Shown here one piece after another: positions 50,277 to 59,447 of a DNA stretch of 64,000 bases (the stretch's first letter is position 1; the number at the start of each line of letters is the position of its first letter). The stretch comes from Candidatus Heimdallarchaeota archaeon (GTDB lineage: Archaea; Asgardarchaeota; Heimdallarchaeia; JABLTI01): NCBI GenBank assembly GCA_018238155.1, contig JABCTZ010000025.1, positions 50,780 to 114,779 on the forward strand, written 5' to 3'. Made by a program: the position numbers and the translations under genes. A model generated the notes under the pieces. The model ran no database searches. It saw only the letters and a program-made list of their open reading frames with translations, and had not been told where the DNA came from.

Positions 50277-52070
50277 TCACTTCCAATTATGCAATTTATA
50301 ATATTCTTCAACCATCTTCTCAATATCTACTACTGAACCTTTTGTAGGTCCTCGTTTTAATGGTTCTTTTAGAAATCGTTCAGGTAAGGTATCATCTTTT
50401 TTAGACATGCCAAACTTTTCGTTTAATTTCTTCTGTAAGTCAATTGACTCATTCATCACCTTTTGAAGATAAGATGGAGTATATTTAATACCAGTGCTAG
50501 TTTGCAAAAGAGAAGAGATATTGTCAAAATTCAATACATCCATACATAAACCGATGTTTTTACACATAGTTAGGCAATCAGTCAATAAGGCTATTTTCTC
50601 TGAATAGAAAACTAAAGCTGCTTTACCCTCTTCAGCTAAACGGTCTGCAGCTTTTTCTGTGCCAAATCTCTTTTTAGCTTCTGCTTTTCTATTTGTAAGC
50701 TCAAAAAACGGTTCTGCTCGTAGATGATCTCCACCTCGAGATGCTATAGCATAAGTAAGTCCGTAGGCTTTAATTCCACGAGGATCACCATTAATAATAT
50801 CTAACCCCTTAACATGTAGAACTAATTTTTGAGCTGCTTCACTAAAATCTTTAGATAATAAATAAGTACCATTAGCCAAACGATTTCCTATACCATCTCT
50901 GAAAGTTATTTGCTTAATTACTTCTCGAACTTTGTCATTGTCTCCCCACTTTAAATCAAGTCCATCTAAATCACTAGGTTGAATCAAACCTTTTTCTTGG
51001 CATTCCATTATCCAAGCAATCACTTCTGAAGTAGATATTGAATCAAGACCCATCTGATTTAACCAATGATTCATTTCAAGAGCAAAAGGAAGATGTTCAT
51101 TACCTATCTTTGAAGTAAAGCTACAGAGCGTTTCATATTCTGGTCCCTCCGCTTCTATATCTTCACAAATGTAATATCTTGAACAATGCAAATTACAATT
51201 GAAACATGCTTTATTTTTTACTTTGAAAGTTCTAGCTAATTTTTCTCCCGAAACTTGGTCAATATAATCACAAACACCATCTTGGAAATGATTTACAGGT
51301 AAGATTCCAAGACTATTCAAATCAGACATTAACATTGTTGTGCCCATTTGATATCGTTTACCATATTCATTATGATTCTGAATATCTTGTTCAATCTTCT
51401 TAACTTCAGCTAAAAATGCCAATGGTTCAGCAAATTCAATTGATTTTGTACCACGAACTGCAATTGCTTTAAGATTTTTAGAGCCCAATACCGCTCCCAT
51501 ACCAGTTCGTCCGTTGACACGATTCCCACTTGAAACTATTGTTGAATAGAGAACTTGATGCTCACCTGCAGAACCTATTGCTGCAACTTGAATTTGATAG
51601 TCACGGTGCTTTTTTCTTATGATACTTGTTGTTTCTACTATTGTTTTATCTTTTAGATGTGAACCATCACAAAATTCTACATCATCATTTGTAATAAGAA
51701 GATAAGATAATTGGTCAATTTTCCCAGTAATTATAATATGGTCGAATCCAGTTAATTTCATTTCAGGACCAAATGATCCGCCAGCAGCAGAATCACCAAG
51801 TATTCCGGTTAAGGGTGATTTCGCTGTGACAATAAAATAAGCAGAAGCAGGTAGAAGAGAACCAGTTAAAGGACCTATGCCAAAAATAATGATATTTTCT
51901 TCACCAAGAGGGTCACAATCAGGGTTTAGTTCATCAAATAATATTTTTGTATTTGCAGCTCTACCACCGATCAATGGTTTAATCCAGTTTGATCTAAGCT
52001 GTTCAATTGTAAATCGTTTGTTAGTGAGATCTACTCTTAAAATTCTTCCGCCGTATCCAAACTTAAGCAC
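50277..52070 (-). CDS. aor: Tungsten aldehyde:ferredoxin oxidoreductase
   Basis: AKSPLTG, GRTGMGAVLGSKNLKAI, CFNCNLHC, EYET, GLDSIS, RGGDH. Confidence 0.93.
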   Translation of the reverse strand: MLKFGYGGRILRVDLTNKRFTIEQLRSNWIKPLIGGRAANTKILFDELNPDCDPLGEENIIIFGIGPLTGSLLPASAYFIVTAKSPLTGILGDSAAGGSFGPEMKLTGFDHIIITGKIDQLSYLLITNDDVEFCDGSHLKDKTIVETTSIIRKKHRDYQIQVAAIGSAGEHQVLYSTIVSSGNRVNGRTGMGAVLGSKNLKAIAVRGTKSIEFAEPLAFLAEVKKIEQDIQNHNEYGKRYQMGTTMLMSDLNSLGILPVNHFQDGVCDYIDQVSGEKLARTFKVKNKACFNCNLHCSRYYICEDIEAEGPEYETLCSFTSKIGNEHLPFALEMNHWLNQMGLDSISTSEVIAWIMECQEKGLIQPSDLDGLDLKWGDNDKVREVIKQITFRDGIGNRLANGTYLLSKDFSEAAQKLVLHVKGLDIINGDPRGIKAYGLTYAIASRGGDHLRAEPFFELTNRKAEAKKRFGTEKAADRLAEEGKAALVFYSEKIALLTDCLTMCKNIGLCMDVLNFDNISSLLQTSTGIKYTPSYLQKVMNESIDLQKKLNEKFGMSKKDDTLPERFLKEPLKRGPTKGSVVDIEKMVEEYYKLHNWK

Positions 52071-52578
52071 GATTTCCCCTCCAAATCTTTTGGATAACCT
52101 GCCCGAGTTTCAGAACATAATTATATCGTTTCTCACTTGGTGTTTTCTTTTTTGATTCATTTTTATAATCAGCTAACGAAATGTGATCACTATTTGGTTG
52201 AAAAGTAATCGCTCCTTCAGTACAAGCAAGAATACATTTTGGATCTCCACCACATAAATCACAAACATAAACAATATCATTGAATATTTCTATTGCACCA
52301 ATGGGACAGTTCGTTTCACAAGCACCACACAGAGTGCAATTTGTTGGAGAAATCACAACCTGACCTAAAGAACCAATGACGATAGCATTTGATGGACAAT
52401 TTAAGCAAAACCTTTCTCTACATTGTTGACAAACAACAGGACAATCAATACCAGTTTCATAAATATTCAAAACTTTTATTCGAGCAAGATGATTATTTAC
52501 TTTGCCAGAATGATAAAATGAGCAAACAGTTTCGCATCGTTTGCAACCTGTACATTTAGAAATGTCTATTTCAATCAT
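52063..52578 (-). CDS. 4Fe-4S dicluster electron-transfer subunit
   Basis: Four CxxCxxC..CP-type motifs; overlaps the aor start. Confidence 0.92.
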   Translation of the reverse strand: MIEIDISKCTGCKRCETVCSFYHSGKVNNHLARIKVLNIYETGIDCPVVCQQCRERFCLNCPSNAIVIGSLGQVVISPTNCTLCGACETNCPIGAIEIFNDIVYVCDLCGGDPKCILACTEGAITFQPNSDHISLADYKNESKKKTPSEKRYNYVLKLGQVIQKIWRGNRA

Positions 52579-52620
52579 ATTTCTTATCCACCAAACTAAT
52601 TCTGTATTCAAGTGTTCATT

Positions 52621-52893
52621 TTAATCAATCAATTCCAAACGATAAAGTACTTTTCCTTTTGGATCAGGACAAGAGAAATGTTTCACTGAAGAAACCCAAT
52701 GATCTGCAAGTAATTTCTTCTTTGTCAAGAAGATTGGAAAAACAGGCATCATAGATTGTAATGCCCAAATGCAAATATGTTTCCCCTCAGGAATAATTAG
52801 CTTTGAATCTTCCACAAAGAAACAATCTCCAACTAGCATAGGAAGATTGCAGTACCCATCAATCTGTTCAACTGTGACTTTTATTTTACCCAA
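52621..52893 (-). CDS. TIGR04076 family protein
   Basis: KIKVTV..GYC..VGD.F..ICIWAL..CPDP. Confidence 0.85.
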   Translation of the reverse strand: MGKIKVTVEQIDGYCNLPMLVGDCFFVEDSKLIIPEGKHICIWALQSMMPVFPIFLTKKKLLADHWVSSVKHFSCPDPKGKVLYRLELID

Positions 52894-53050
52894 AATGAAA
52901 TCTCCAATTATAAAAGAATATCAATATTTAATATCATTTCCACTATTCTTTGTTAGAATATCTAATTTGCAGAGTAGAGGTTTAAGTAAAAATGCTTATA
53001 TTAATACTCTGAAACTGTTCCTTATTATATTTATTAGGTAGGTAAATCTA

Positions 53051-53611
53051 ATGGCTAAAAATAGCAATCAGTTAATTCTTGCATTAGGCTTTACAATTCT
53101 AAGTGTGCTCGGAATTATCCTTATGATGACGACACCATTCTTAGCAATAAATAATGCAAGTGATCAATATTTCCGGATATTTTTTGACGGAGATACAAAA
53201 TGGCGAATAGGAAATTTTAGTTTTACTGGAGAAGACTCTAATTTTCCTGAAGTAATACCAATTTTGACTTTAATTGGTATCATAATGACTATTTTAGGTT
53301 CAGCTTATATGACTGCATTAGCAATAGCTGATAAGAATTGCTTTGTTAGCAATCGTAAAGCACCAGGACCAATTACAGGTTTATTCTCTGTTTTAGGTGG
53401 AATATTAGGTTTTATTGGAATGATGATTTTCCTTGCTTACGGAATCGATAAAATAGAATCAAATAGTGATTATGGTTTTGGTTTAGGTTTTATTTTTGGA
53501 TTAATAGTTTTTGTAATTTTCATTCTATTTGGGGCGTATTTACTAATATTGGCCCTTCAGAATAAAGATAAAAAAAGGAAACGAGCAAAGAAAAAAGGTA
53601 AGAAAAAATAA
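53051..53611 (+). CDS. Four-TM membrane protein with basic tail
   Basis: Four hydrophobic segments; KKRKRAKKKGKKK tail. Confidence 0.75.
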   Translation: MAKNSNQLILALGFTILSVLGIILMMTTPFLAINNASDQYFRIFFDGDTKWRIGNFSFTGEDSNFPEVIPILTLIGIIMTILGSAYMTALAIADKNCFVSNRKAPGPITGLFSVLGGILGFIGMMIFLAYGIDKIESNSDYGFGLGFIFGLIVFVIFILFGAYLLILALQNKDKKRKRAKKKGKKK

Positions 53612-53882
53612 TCCAAAAAAAAGTCAAAAAAAGAAGAGATTTAATTCTTCTTCTTTCTGTTTATTATGTTTATAATACATATAAATTAACACTTTGAATA
53701 TTGAATTCAAATTTAATAATTTAAACAATAATTACAAAAATAAAAAACGTTTCCTAAAAAGAAAGACAAATAGTAAATTGTCTCAAAGAAGAATTATTTT
53801 TTCAGAAAATCAAAGCATTACTTCAGAAAAAATTGATGAAGCAAAAGCTGCCTGCAAGTGAGAGTGCTTTTGCTAATAATAA

Positions 53883-54950
53883 TCATTGTTTCTTTTTATA
53901 GTTCAGAAGTTTTGTAATCAAAAGAGCAATGGTAAATACTAATCCTAAACCAAAAATAGTACTAAAAATTGGCAGAGGAATAGAGTAAGATGGTGTTGGG
54001 TATGGAGTTGGTGTTGTGTGAGTATAAGGATAATTTGGATCATCCCATCCTGCTAGTGTTGCCCATAGCCACCATGCAGCATAAGCTTTTTGATTTGCAT
54101 TTACAGGCTCACTATGAGCTGAAGAACAATCATACCACTCACCAGGATTAGCATCTTGCCATTCTGTTGCCCAATTGGAATCTCTAGTTGAATCGTTATT
54201 TGAGTCATAAGAACAGACATCATTAACTATTTTATCACCAAAATAATTGCCATCCAGATCGTAAGATTCAATATCAGCAAAATCGAAGAGAACTTTATTA
54301 TTTGCTGCACAGAAATCTCTAATTTGTTCATTTCTTACGTGTAAATTACCTTCAAGGCCACCACCATTTGTATGACCGGTCATATAAACAAAATCTATAG
54401 CTGGATAATCCGATTCTAAACCAGACATTAATGCAAGATAAGTATCAATATCGCTCTCATCAGCACCTCCAACTTGACCACACCAAGACCACATAACAAC
54501 ATTGACATCAGAATTACTTGATTGCTCCAAATAACCTCTAGTACGAGATGCCCAAGTCGTGAAATCAGGGTTTCCTAAATCACCTGAAACAAAATAATCA
54601 TCTATATCAAGTGCTCCATCCGTTCCACCTTCATTCCAATCATATAATCCTTCCGTACCACCTTTGCTTTCTTTAAAAGCTGGCAAACCAAGCATACCTG
54701 TAGTAATTTGACTGCCATGTGATGTGTGTCCATAAGCGACATGTAAACTGTTTTTTGCAGCAATAATTGCTGAATCTGAAATAAGATTATCTTGAACCAC
54801 ATTCATAATTAAATGATCTGCGAAGATCCTCTCATCGTGACTCTCCAGATTTGAGATCTGGGATTTATTCTTTCCAGATACAGAAATAAAAGTGCAAAAT
54901 AAAGTGGATATTACAATTATTGTTAATATTCTATTTATTGAAAATTTCAT
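53883..54950 (-). CDS. Secreted C-terminally anchored protein of unknown function
   Basis: Signal peptide; YGHTSHGSQI and MWSWCG motifs; Pro/Thr linker + TM. Confidence 0.8.
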   Translation of the reverse strand: MKFSINRILTIIVISTLFCTFISVSGKNKSQISNLESHDERIFADHLIMNVVQDNLISDSAIIAAKNSLHVAYGHTSHGSQITTGMLGLPAFKESKGGTEGLYDWNEGGTDGALDIDDYFVSGDLGNPDFTTWASRTRGYLEQSSNSDVNVVMWSWCGQVGGADESDIDTYLALMSGLESDYPAIDFVYMTGHTNGGGLEGNLHVRNEQIRDFCAANNKVLFDFADIESYDLDGNYFGDKIVNDVCSYDSNNDSTRDSNWATEWQDANPGEWYDCSSAHSEPVNANQKAYAAWWLWATLAGWDDPNYPYTHTTPTPYPTPSYSIPLPIFSTIFGLGLVFTIALLITKLLNYKKKQ

Positions 54951-55170
54951 TGTTTTCCCTCAAGTCTATTACTATATTATTCTCAAAGACAGTCTTTTCT
55001 TTAAAATGTTGCCAATAATTGTCACCAATATTTTTATGAATGATTTCTTCCCAAAAAAGAATTATTATGATTTATTGACAAAAGCTTTTTACTTGAAAAG
55101 AAATTTGTTTGGTAATATTCTTTAAAAGAAGCAATATACACAACGAAATTGCTAGGATGATTGAAAGAAA

Positions 55171-56196
55171 ATGAAACAGGCTTTTATAACAGGAGCAAAT
55201 GGATTCATAGGTAGCTTTCTTACTAAGCATTTAGCTGAACAAGGAATACAAACAACAGCTTTTATTCTCAAAGGAACAGATTGTAATTTGCTTCGCATTA
55301 TCTACCCTTCATTAACAAATGTAACAATTATTGAAGGAAACATTCTGGATGAAAAATCTCTAAATGAATTAGTTAAAGGAAAGGATTACATTATTCATTT
55401 AGCAGGAGTAGTTCTAGGTTATAATCAAAAGGATTTTGATCGAATAAATGTTAAAGGGACAGAAAATATCCTGAATGCATGTATTATATCTAATCCAGAT
55501 ATTGAACGAATAGTGCTAACATCCTCAAGTGCAGCAGGAGGATTTGGCACCCGCGATAAACCTTTGACAGAGAATCTAAAGCCAAGCCCAATGCAAAATG
55601 ATTTTTATGGTATTTCAAAATATAAAATGGAACAAATAGCTGAAACTTATAAGAATAGACTACCAATCGCAATTATTCGACCTTGTGCTGTAATTGGCCC
55701 TGGAAATCAAATTGTGCAAAATAATTATCCACTAATTAAAATGGGGTTCAAAATTCGTTTTCTTGGACATAATCGACCTGCTAGTGCAATCCATGTTGAA
55801 GATTTGATAAATGGCTTTTACCTTTGTTTGAAAAAACCTGAAGCTATAGGAGAAGTATTTTATTTTAGTGCAGATGGAATGACAAATTTATCTGAGTATC
55901 AAGAAATCATTAGTTATACAATTACAAATCGTAAATATGGAACGTTGATTACTATACCCGTTCCTCATTTTCTCATGAAAGCTATTGCAATATTATTGGA
56001 AGAAATTCATCGGATAAGTAAAAAATCTGCACCATTTCTAAATCAGGCAAAAGTAATCGGAATTTTTGCTCCCGGACAAGTAGTTAATTCCAATAAAGCT
56101 AAGAAGCTTCTAGGTTGGAAGCCTAAATATACAATTACTCAAAGCATTATTTTAGAAGCAAAATGGTTTATTGAGCAAGGTTGGATAGAGAAGTGA
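55171..56196 (+). CDS. NAD-dependent epimerase/dehydratase (3beta-HSD-like extended SDR)
   Basis: TGANGFIG, HLAG, YGISK. Confidence 0.92.
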   Translation: MKQAFITGANGFIGSFLTKHLAEQGIQTTAFILKGTDCNLLRIIYPSLTNVTIIEGNILDEKSLNELVKGKDYIIHLAGVVLGYNQKDFDRINVKGTENILNACIISNPDIERIVLTSSSAAGGFGTRDKPLTENLKPSPMQNDFYGISKYKMEQIAETYKNRLPIAIIRPCAVIGPGNQIVQNNYPLIKMGFKIRFLGHNRPASAIHVEDLINGFYLCLKKPEAIGEVFYFSADGMTNLSEYQEIISYTITNRKYGTLITIPVPHFLMKAIAILLEEIHRISKKSAPFLNQAKVIGIFAPGQVVNSNKAKKLLGWKPKYTITQSIILEAKWFIEQGWIEK

Positions 56197-56939
56197 CTGA
56201 ACAAGTCTTAGAAACCAAAATTGAGAAACTTATTAGTACTACTGTTCCGGCAAAGGATCTTCTTCTGCTAAGCATACCAATCAGCATTCTTTTCGCAATA
56301 ACCGGTATGGATTTCATCGGTTTTTTTATTTATCTAGGAATAAGAACTTCCAGCACAGAGATTTACACAAGGAGTCTGCTCAATGTATTATTAATTGGAT
56401 TTCTATTAACAACAATTGTTCTCTTTGTAGTACCTTTTTTAATCAATAATTTCCGGTGGAAAAAACCTTTGGCTTATTTTGGCACACAAAAAGGTAATTG
56501 GAAAATTGGTTTGATAGTAGTCGGTATTGTTATTTTATTCATGCCACTTTTATATTTCAATTCACAAGAACAAATAATGATTAACACTTATCCATTAACT
56601 AAGAATGTTGTATTCTCCTGGCCAATTTTTGTTCTCTATGAATTGGCATACATAATTTTTTATTATTTACCATACGAATTCTACTTTAGAGGGGTATTAC
56701 AATTAGGGTTGAGTAAGACAAAGAAAAAATGGCAAAGTATTCTGTTTGTTACTATTCTTACAACAGTACTTCATCTTACGAAACCATGGTCAGAAATAGT
56801 AGCCGCATTGATTGCTGGTATATTATTTGGTATTTTAGCAGAAAAAACAGATTCTTGGATATATGTTTTCTTCATTCATATTACAGCAGGAGTACTTACA
56901 GATACGTTTTGTACATTAGGTTATTTAGGGGTGCTTTAA
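56181..56939 (+). CDS. CPBP (type II CAAX/Rce1-like) intramembrane protease
   Basis: YEFYFRG, LH..KP..E, H motif 4. Confidence 0.85.
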   Translation: MDREVTEQVLETKIEKLISTTVPAKDLLLLSIPISILFAITGMDFIGFFIYLGIRTSSTEIYTRSLLNVLLIGFLLTTIVLFVVPFLINNFRWKKPLAYFGTQKGNWKIGLIVVGIVILFMPLLYFNSQEQIMINTYPLTKNVVFSWPIFVLYELAYIIFYYLPYEFYFRGVLQLGLSKTKKKWQSILFVTILTTVLHLTKPWSEIVAALIAGILFGILAEKTDSWIYVFFIHITAGVLTDTFCTLGYLGVL

Positions 56940-56942
56940 ATC

Positions 56943-57983
56943 GTGGTAAAATCAACGCCAAAAAAAACTACTCGAGTATTAATCACAGGTGCAAATGGTT
57001 TTGTTGGTAGCAATTTAACCGAATATCTAAGTCTGGATCCGACACTAGAAGTTTTTGCTATGGTTCGTTCAAAGGATACCACAAGATTTCTGAAAGATTT
57101 GCAATATAAAGAAAGCTCATCTGAAAAAATGTTTGAAATGGTTGAAGCCAATTTGAATGATGAAGAATCTATTATTGAAGTTTGTAAAAATATTGATATT
57201 ATTGTTCATTTAGCAGGATTAGTTAGTGACTGGGGTAATAAAGAACAATTTTGGGCTATGAATGTGGAAGGAACAAAAAAAATACTTGTTGGAGCTAGCA
57301 AAACAAAAGTTAAGAGAGTGCTCTTTTTAAGCTCATTAACTGTGCACGGATTAAATGGTCATACATTTGCAACTGAAGACGCATCTCGAGATGTGAAGGG
57401 ATTTGTATATGCAATAACTAAAAAAATAAGTGAAGATTTACTTTTCGAATGGACAACAAATAACTCAGATGTAGATGGAGCTGTAATCCGACCTGGATAC
57501 ATTATCTATGGACCATATGACAAAAATTCTTACGTCAAAGCTCTAGATCAAATGACTAAAGGAAGATTTGCACTGATCAATGGTGGAAGACGATTAATAT
57601 CCTATGTTTATGTTGAAAATCTTTGTTATGGAATTAGTCAATTAATTAAAGCAGAAAGGATTAATGCAGCCTATAATATCCTTGATGGAAACATGACTTG
57701 GAAGGAATGGATAGCTATCTGGGAGAAAGCAATCAATAGGAAAATATGGTTAATTCGTACTCCATACCTCCTTTTAGTTCCAATAACCGCTTTTTTGGTT
57801 GGGATTTACAAATTATTCCGAATTAAGAAATCACCACCATTGAACTTTTACCGAATTAAGGTTATGCGGAGAGATTTAGCTTTTGTAAATAAGAGGATTA
57901 GTACCGAGATAGGTTACGCACCACCTATAAAATTAGAAGAAGGAATTAGGAAAACTTTGGCTTATTACTATAATAAAAAATAA
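56943..57983 (+). CDS. NAD-dependent epimerase/dehydratase (3beta-HSD-like)
   Basis: TGANGFVG, HLAG, YAITK, RPGYIIYGP. Confidence 0.92.
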   Translation: MVKSTPKKTTRVLITGANGFVGSNLTEYLSLDPTLEVFAMVRSKDTTRFLKDLQYKESSSEKMFEMVEANLNDEESIIEVCKNIDIIVHLAGLVSDWGNKEQFWAMNVEGTKKILVGASKTKVKRVLFLSSLTVHGLNGHTFATEDASRDVKGFVYAITKKISEDLLFEWTTNNSDVDGAVIRPGYIIYGPYDKNSYVKALDQMTKGRFALINGGRRLISYVYVENLCYGISQLIKAERINAAYNILDGNMTWKEWIAIWEKAINRKIWLIRTPYLLLVPITAFLVGIYKLFRIKKSPPLNFYRIKVMRRDLAFVNKRISTEIGYAPPIKLEEGIRKTLAYYYNKK

Positions 57984-58157
57984 TGCTAGATTTCAAATAT
58001 TTTTCTAAACTTTTATTTTTATGGTAAATAGAAATCGATGTTATGTTCAACGATGTTTGACTTACATGATAAAATTCGTTTCTCTTCCTGTATCTAAAAG
58101 AAAATAATCTAAATACCGTTGATCTAGAGAGTACTTGGTGAATCATTTGAAAAAAAA

Positions 58158-58703
58158 TTGTCTGGTATTTTTTCAATCCTATCTTTGATGTTTCTACTAT
58201 TTCTAGTAATTTCTAGCTCAAAAGCGTTTGCTACAAGACCTCCAAATACCTTAAACGAAATACATGCAATCAGTGAGTTTCAATATACTGAGATTAAAAT
58301 TTCAAAAGGAGGGGAACATTCCTTTGGTTTGGGTGAAGAAATCGCAAAGATAAATCAAACTGCGTTTTATCTCAATATCACCGTCCTTGCAAAATCAAAT
58401 GGTACAGTTTTCTTTTACCCAAAATACTTTGACTTTAACCCCAGACCAGGATCTTTCATTCTTGGACCAAGAGAATCAAAAGCTGAAAATTATACTTGGT
58501 TAGGAACTTCCCCTGATGATGAAAGGGCAAATTTGAAGTTTGTTATGACAGTTCTTACTGGAACAAATGCTACAATTAGAATAGAATATGCATTCTTAAG
58601 GAGGTTAACAGCCTCGAATCCGGGTTTTGTGTATTTATCTTGTTTAATTGTTATTGTGGCTATGGTTCTTTGGAAAAAAGTTTTAACGAAAACGCGGGAA
58701 TGA
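58158..58703 (+). CDS. Small secreted, C-terminally anchored protein
   Basis: Signal peptide; PGF + TM + basic tail. Confidence 0.7.
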   Translation: MSGIFSILSLMFLLFLVISSSKAFATRPPNTLNEIHAISEFQYTEIKISKGGEHSFGLGEEIAKINQTAFYLNITVLAKSNGTVFFYPKYFDFNPRPGSFILGPRESKAENYTWLGTSPDDERANLKFVMTVLTGTNATIRIEYAFLRRLTASNPGFVYLSCLIVIVAMVLWKKVLTKTRE

Positions 58704-58839
58704 TATTATTCTCCCTAGAGATAGGAAGTACATTATTGCAAAAAAGTAAATCTACTAATGTGCCACAACATAGTCAATCTAACAGAACTTTACAAGTACT
58801 GCAGTTGATGGAATTTTAAATATTGAAGAAATATTAAAT

Positions 58840-59376
58840 TCACTTAATTGTGCCATTCTCATTAAATTTAACAAATAATTTGAACTTGTCAGTAATAATT
58901 TCAGGTGCTTTTTGATAATCTTTGTAAGGAAAACCCCAATTAACACCTAAATCGTCATCATAATCATCATATAAGCCCATTTGTACTTCAGGTAATAATC
59001 TAATTTCTTCCAATATAAATGAAGTAAAATTGAAAGATGTAGGAGTTTCGCCAACACTTGAAATATAGAGATTATATGTTGGTCCGAGATTCTCAATTCC
59101 AGCTTCAACTTGAAGTCGATGGATCTTACGTTGTTTATCATAAACCCAATGTGTGAGTAATTGTTTGAGATGTTTATCTATGTGCAGAGATCCTTTTTTC
59201 AGTTGCTCAAAGAGATTAAAAATAACAGCCGTTTTTAAAACGAGAGGTTCAATTTTAACAATATAAATTGCTTTTCCATCTTCATCAAACCATAAACCAC
59301 AAAACTCTTCTGGAAATCTAGTCATGAACAAACACATCTTAATGACGACAAAATTCACTTTCTTACTATTTTTCAT
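58840..59376 (-). CDS. Hypothetical protein
   Basis: Plausible ORF; MGLYDDYDDDLGVNWGFP motif. Confidence 0.6.
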   Translation of the reverse strand: MKNSKKVNFVVIKMCLFMTRFPEEFCGLWFDEDGKAIYIVKIEPLVLKTAVIFNLFEQLKKGSLHIDKHLKQLLTHWVYDKQRKIHRLQVEAGIENLGPTYNLYISSVGETPTSFNFTSFILEEIRLLPEVQMGLYDDYDDDLGVNWGFPYKDYQKAPEIITDKFKLFVKFNENGTIK

Positions 59377-59447
59377 ATTACAATAACATCACTTAAAAAT
59401 TATAACGTGAATATTGACGTTATAGACAATTTAGATGGTGAAAAAAA

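Noticed and set aside
49991-50323. 110-aa minus ORF downstream of aor
   Set aside because: Overlaps both neighbours; a 72-aa core from MYVDV could be real but shows no recognisable motif
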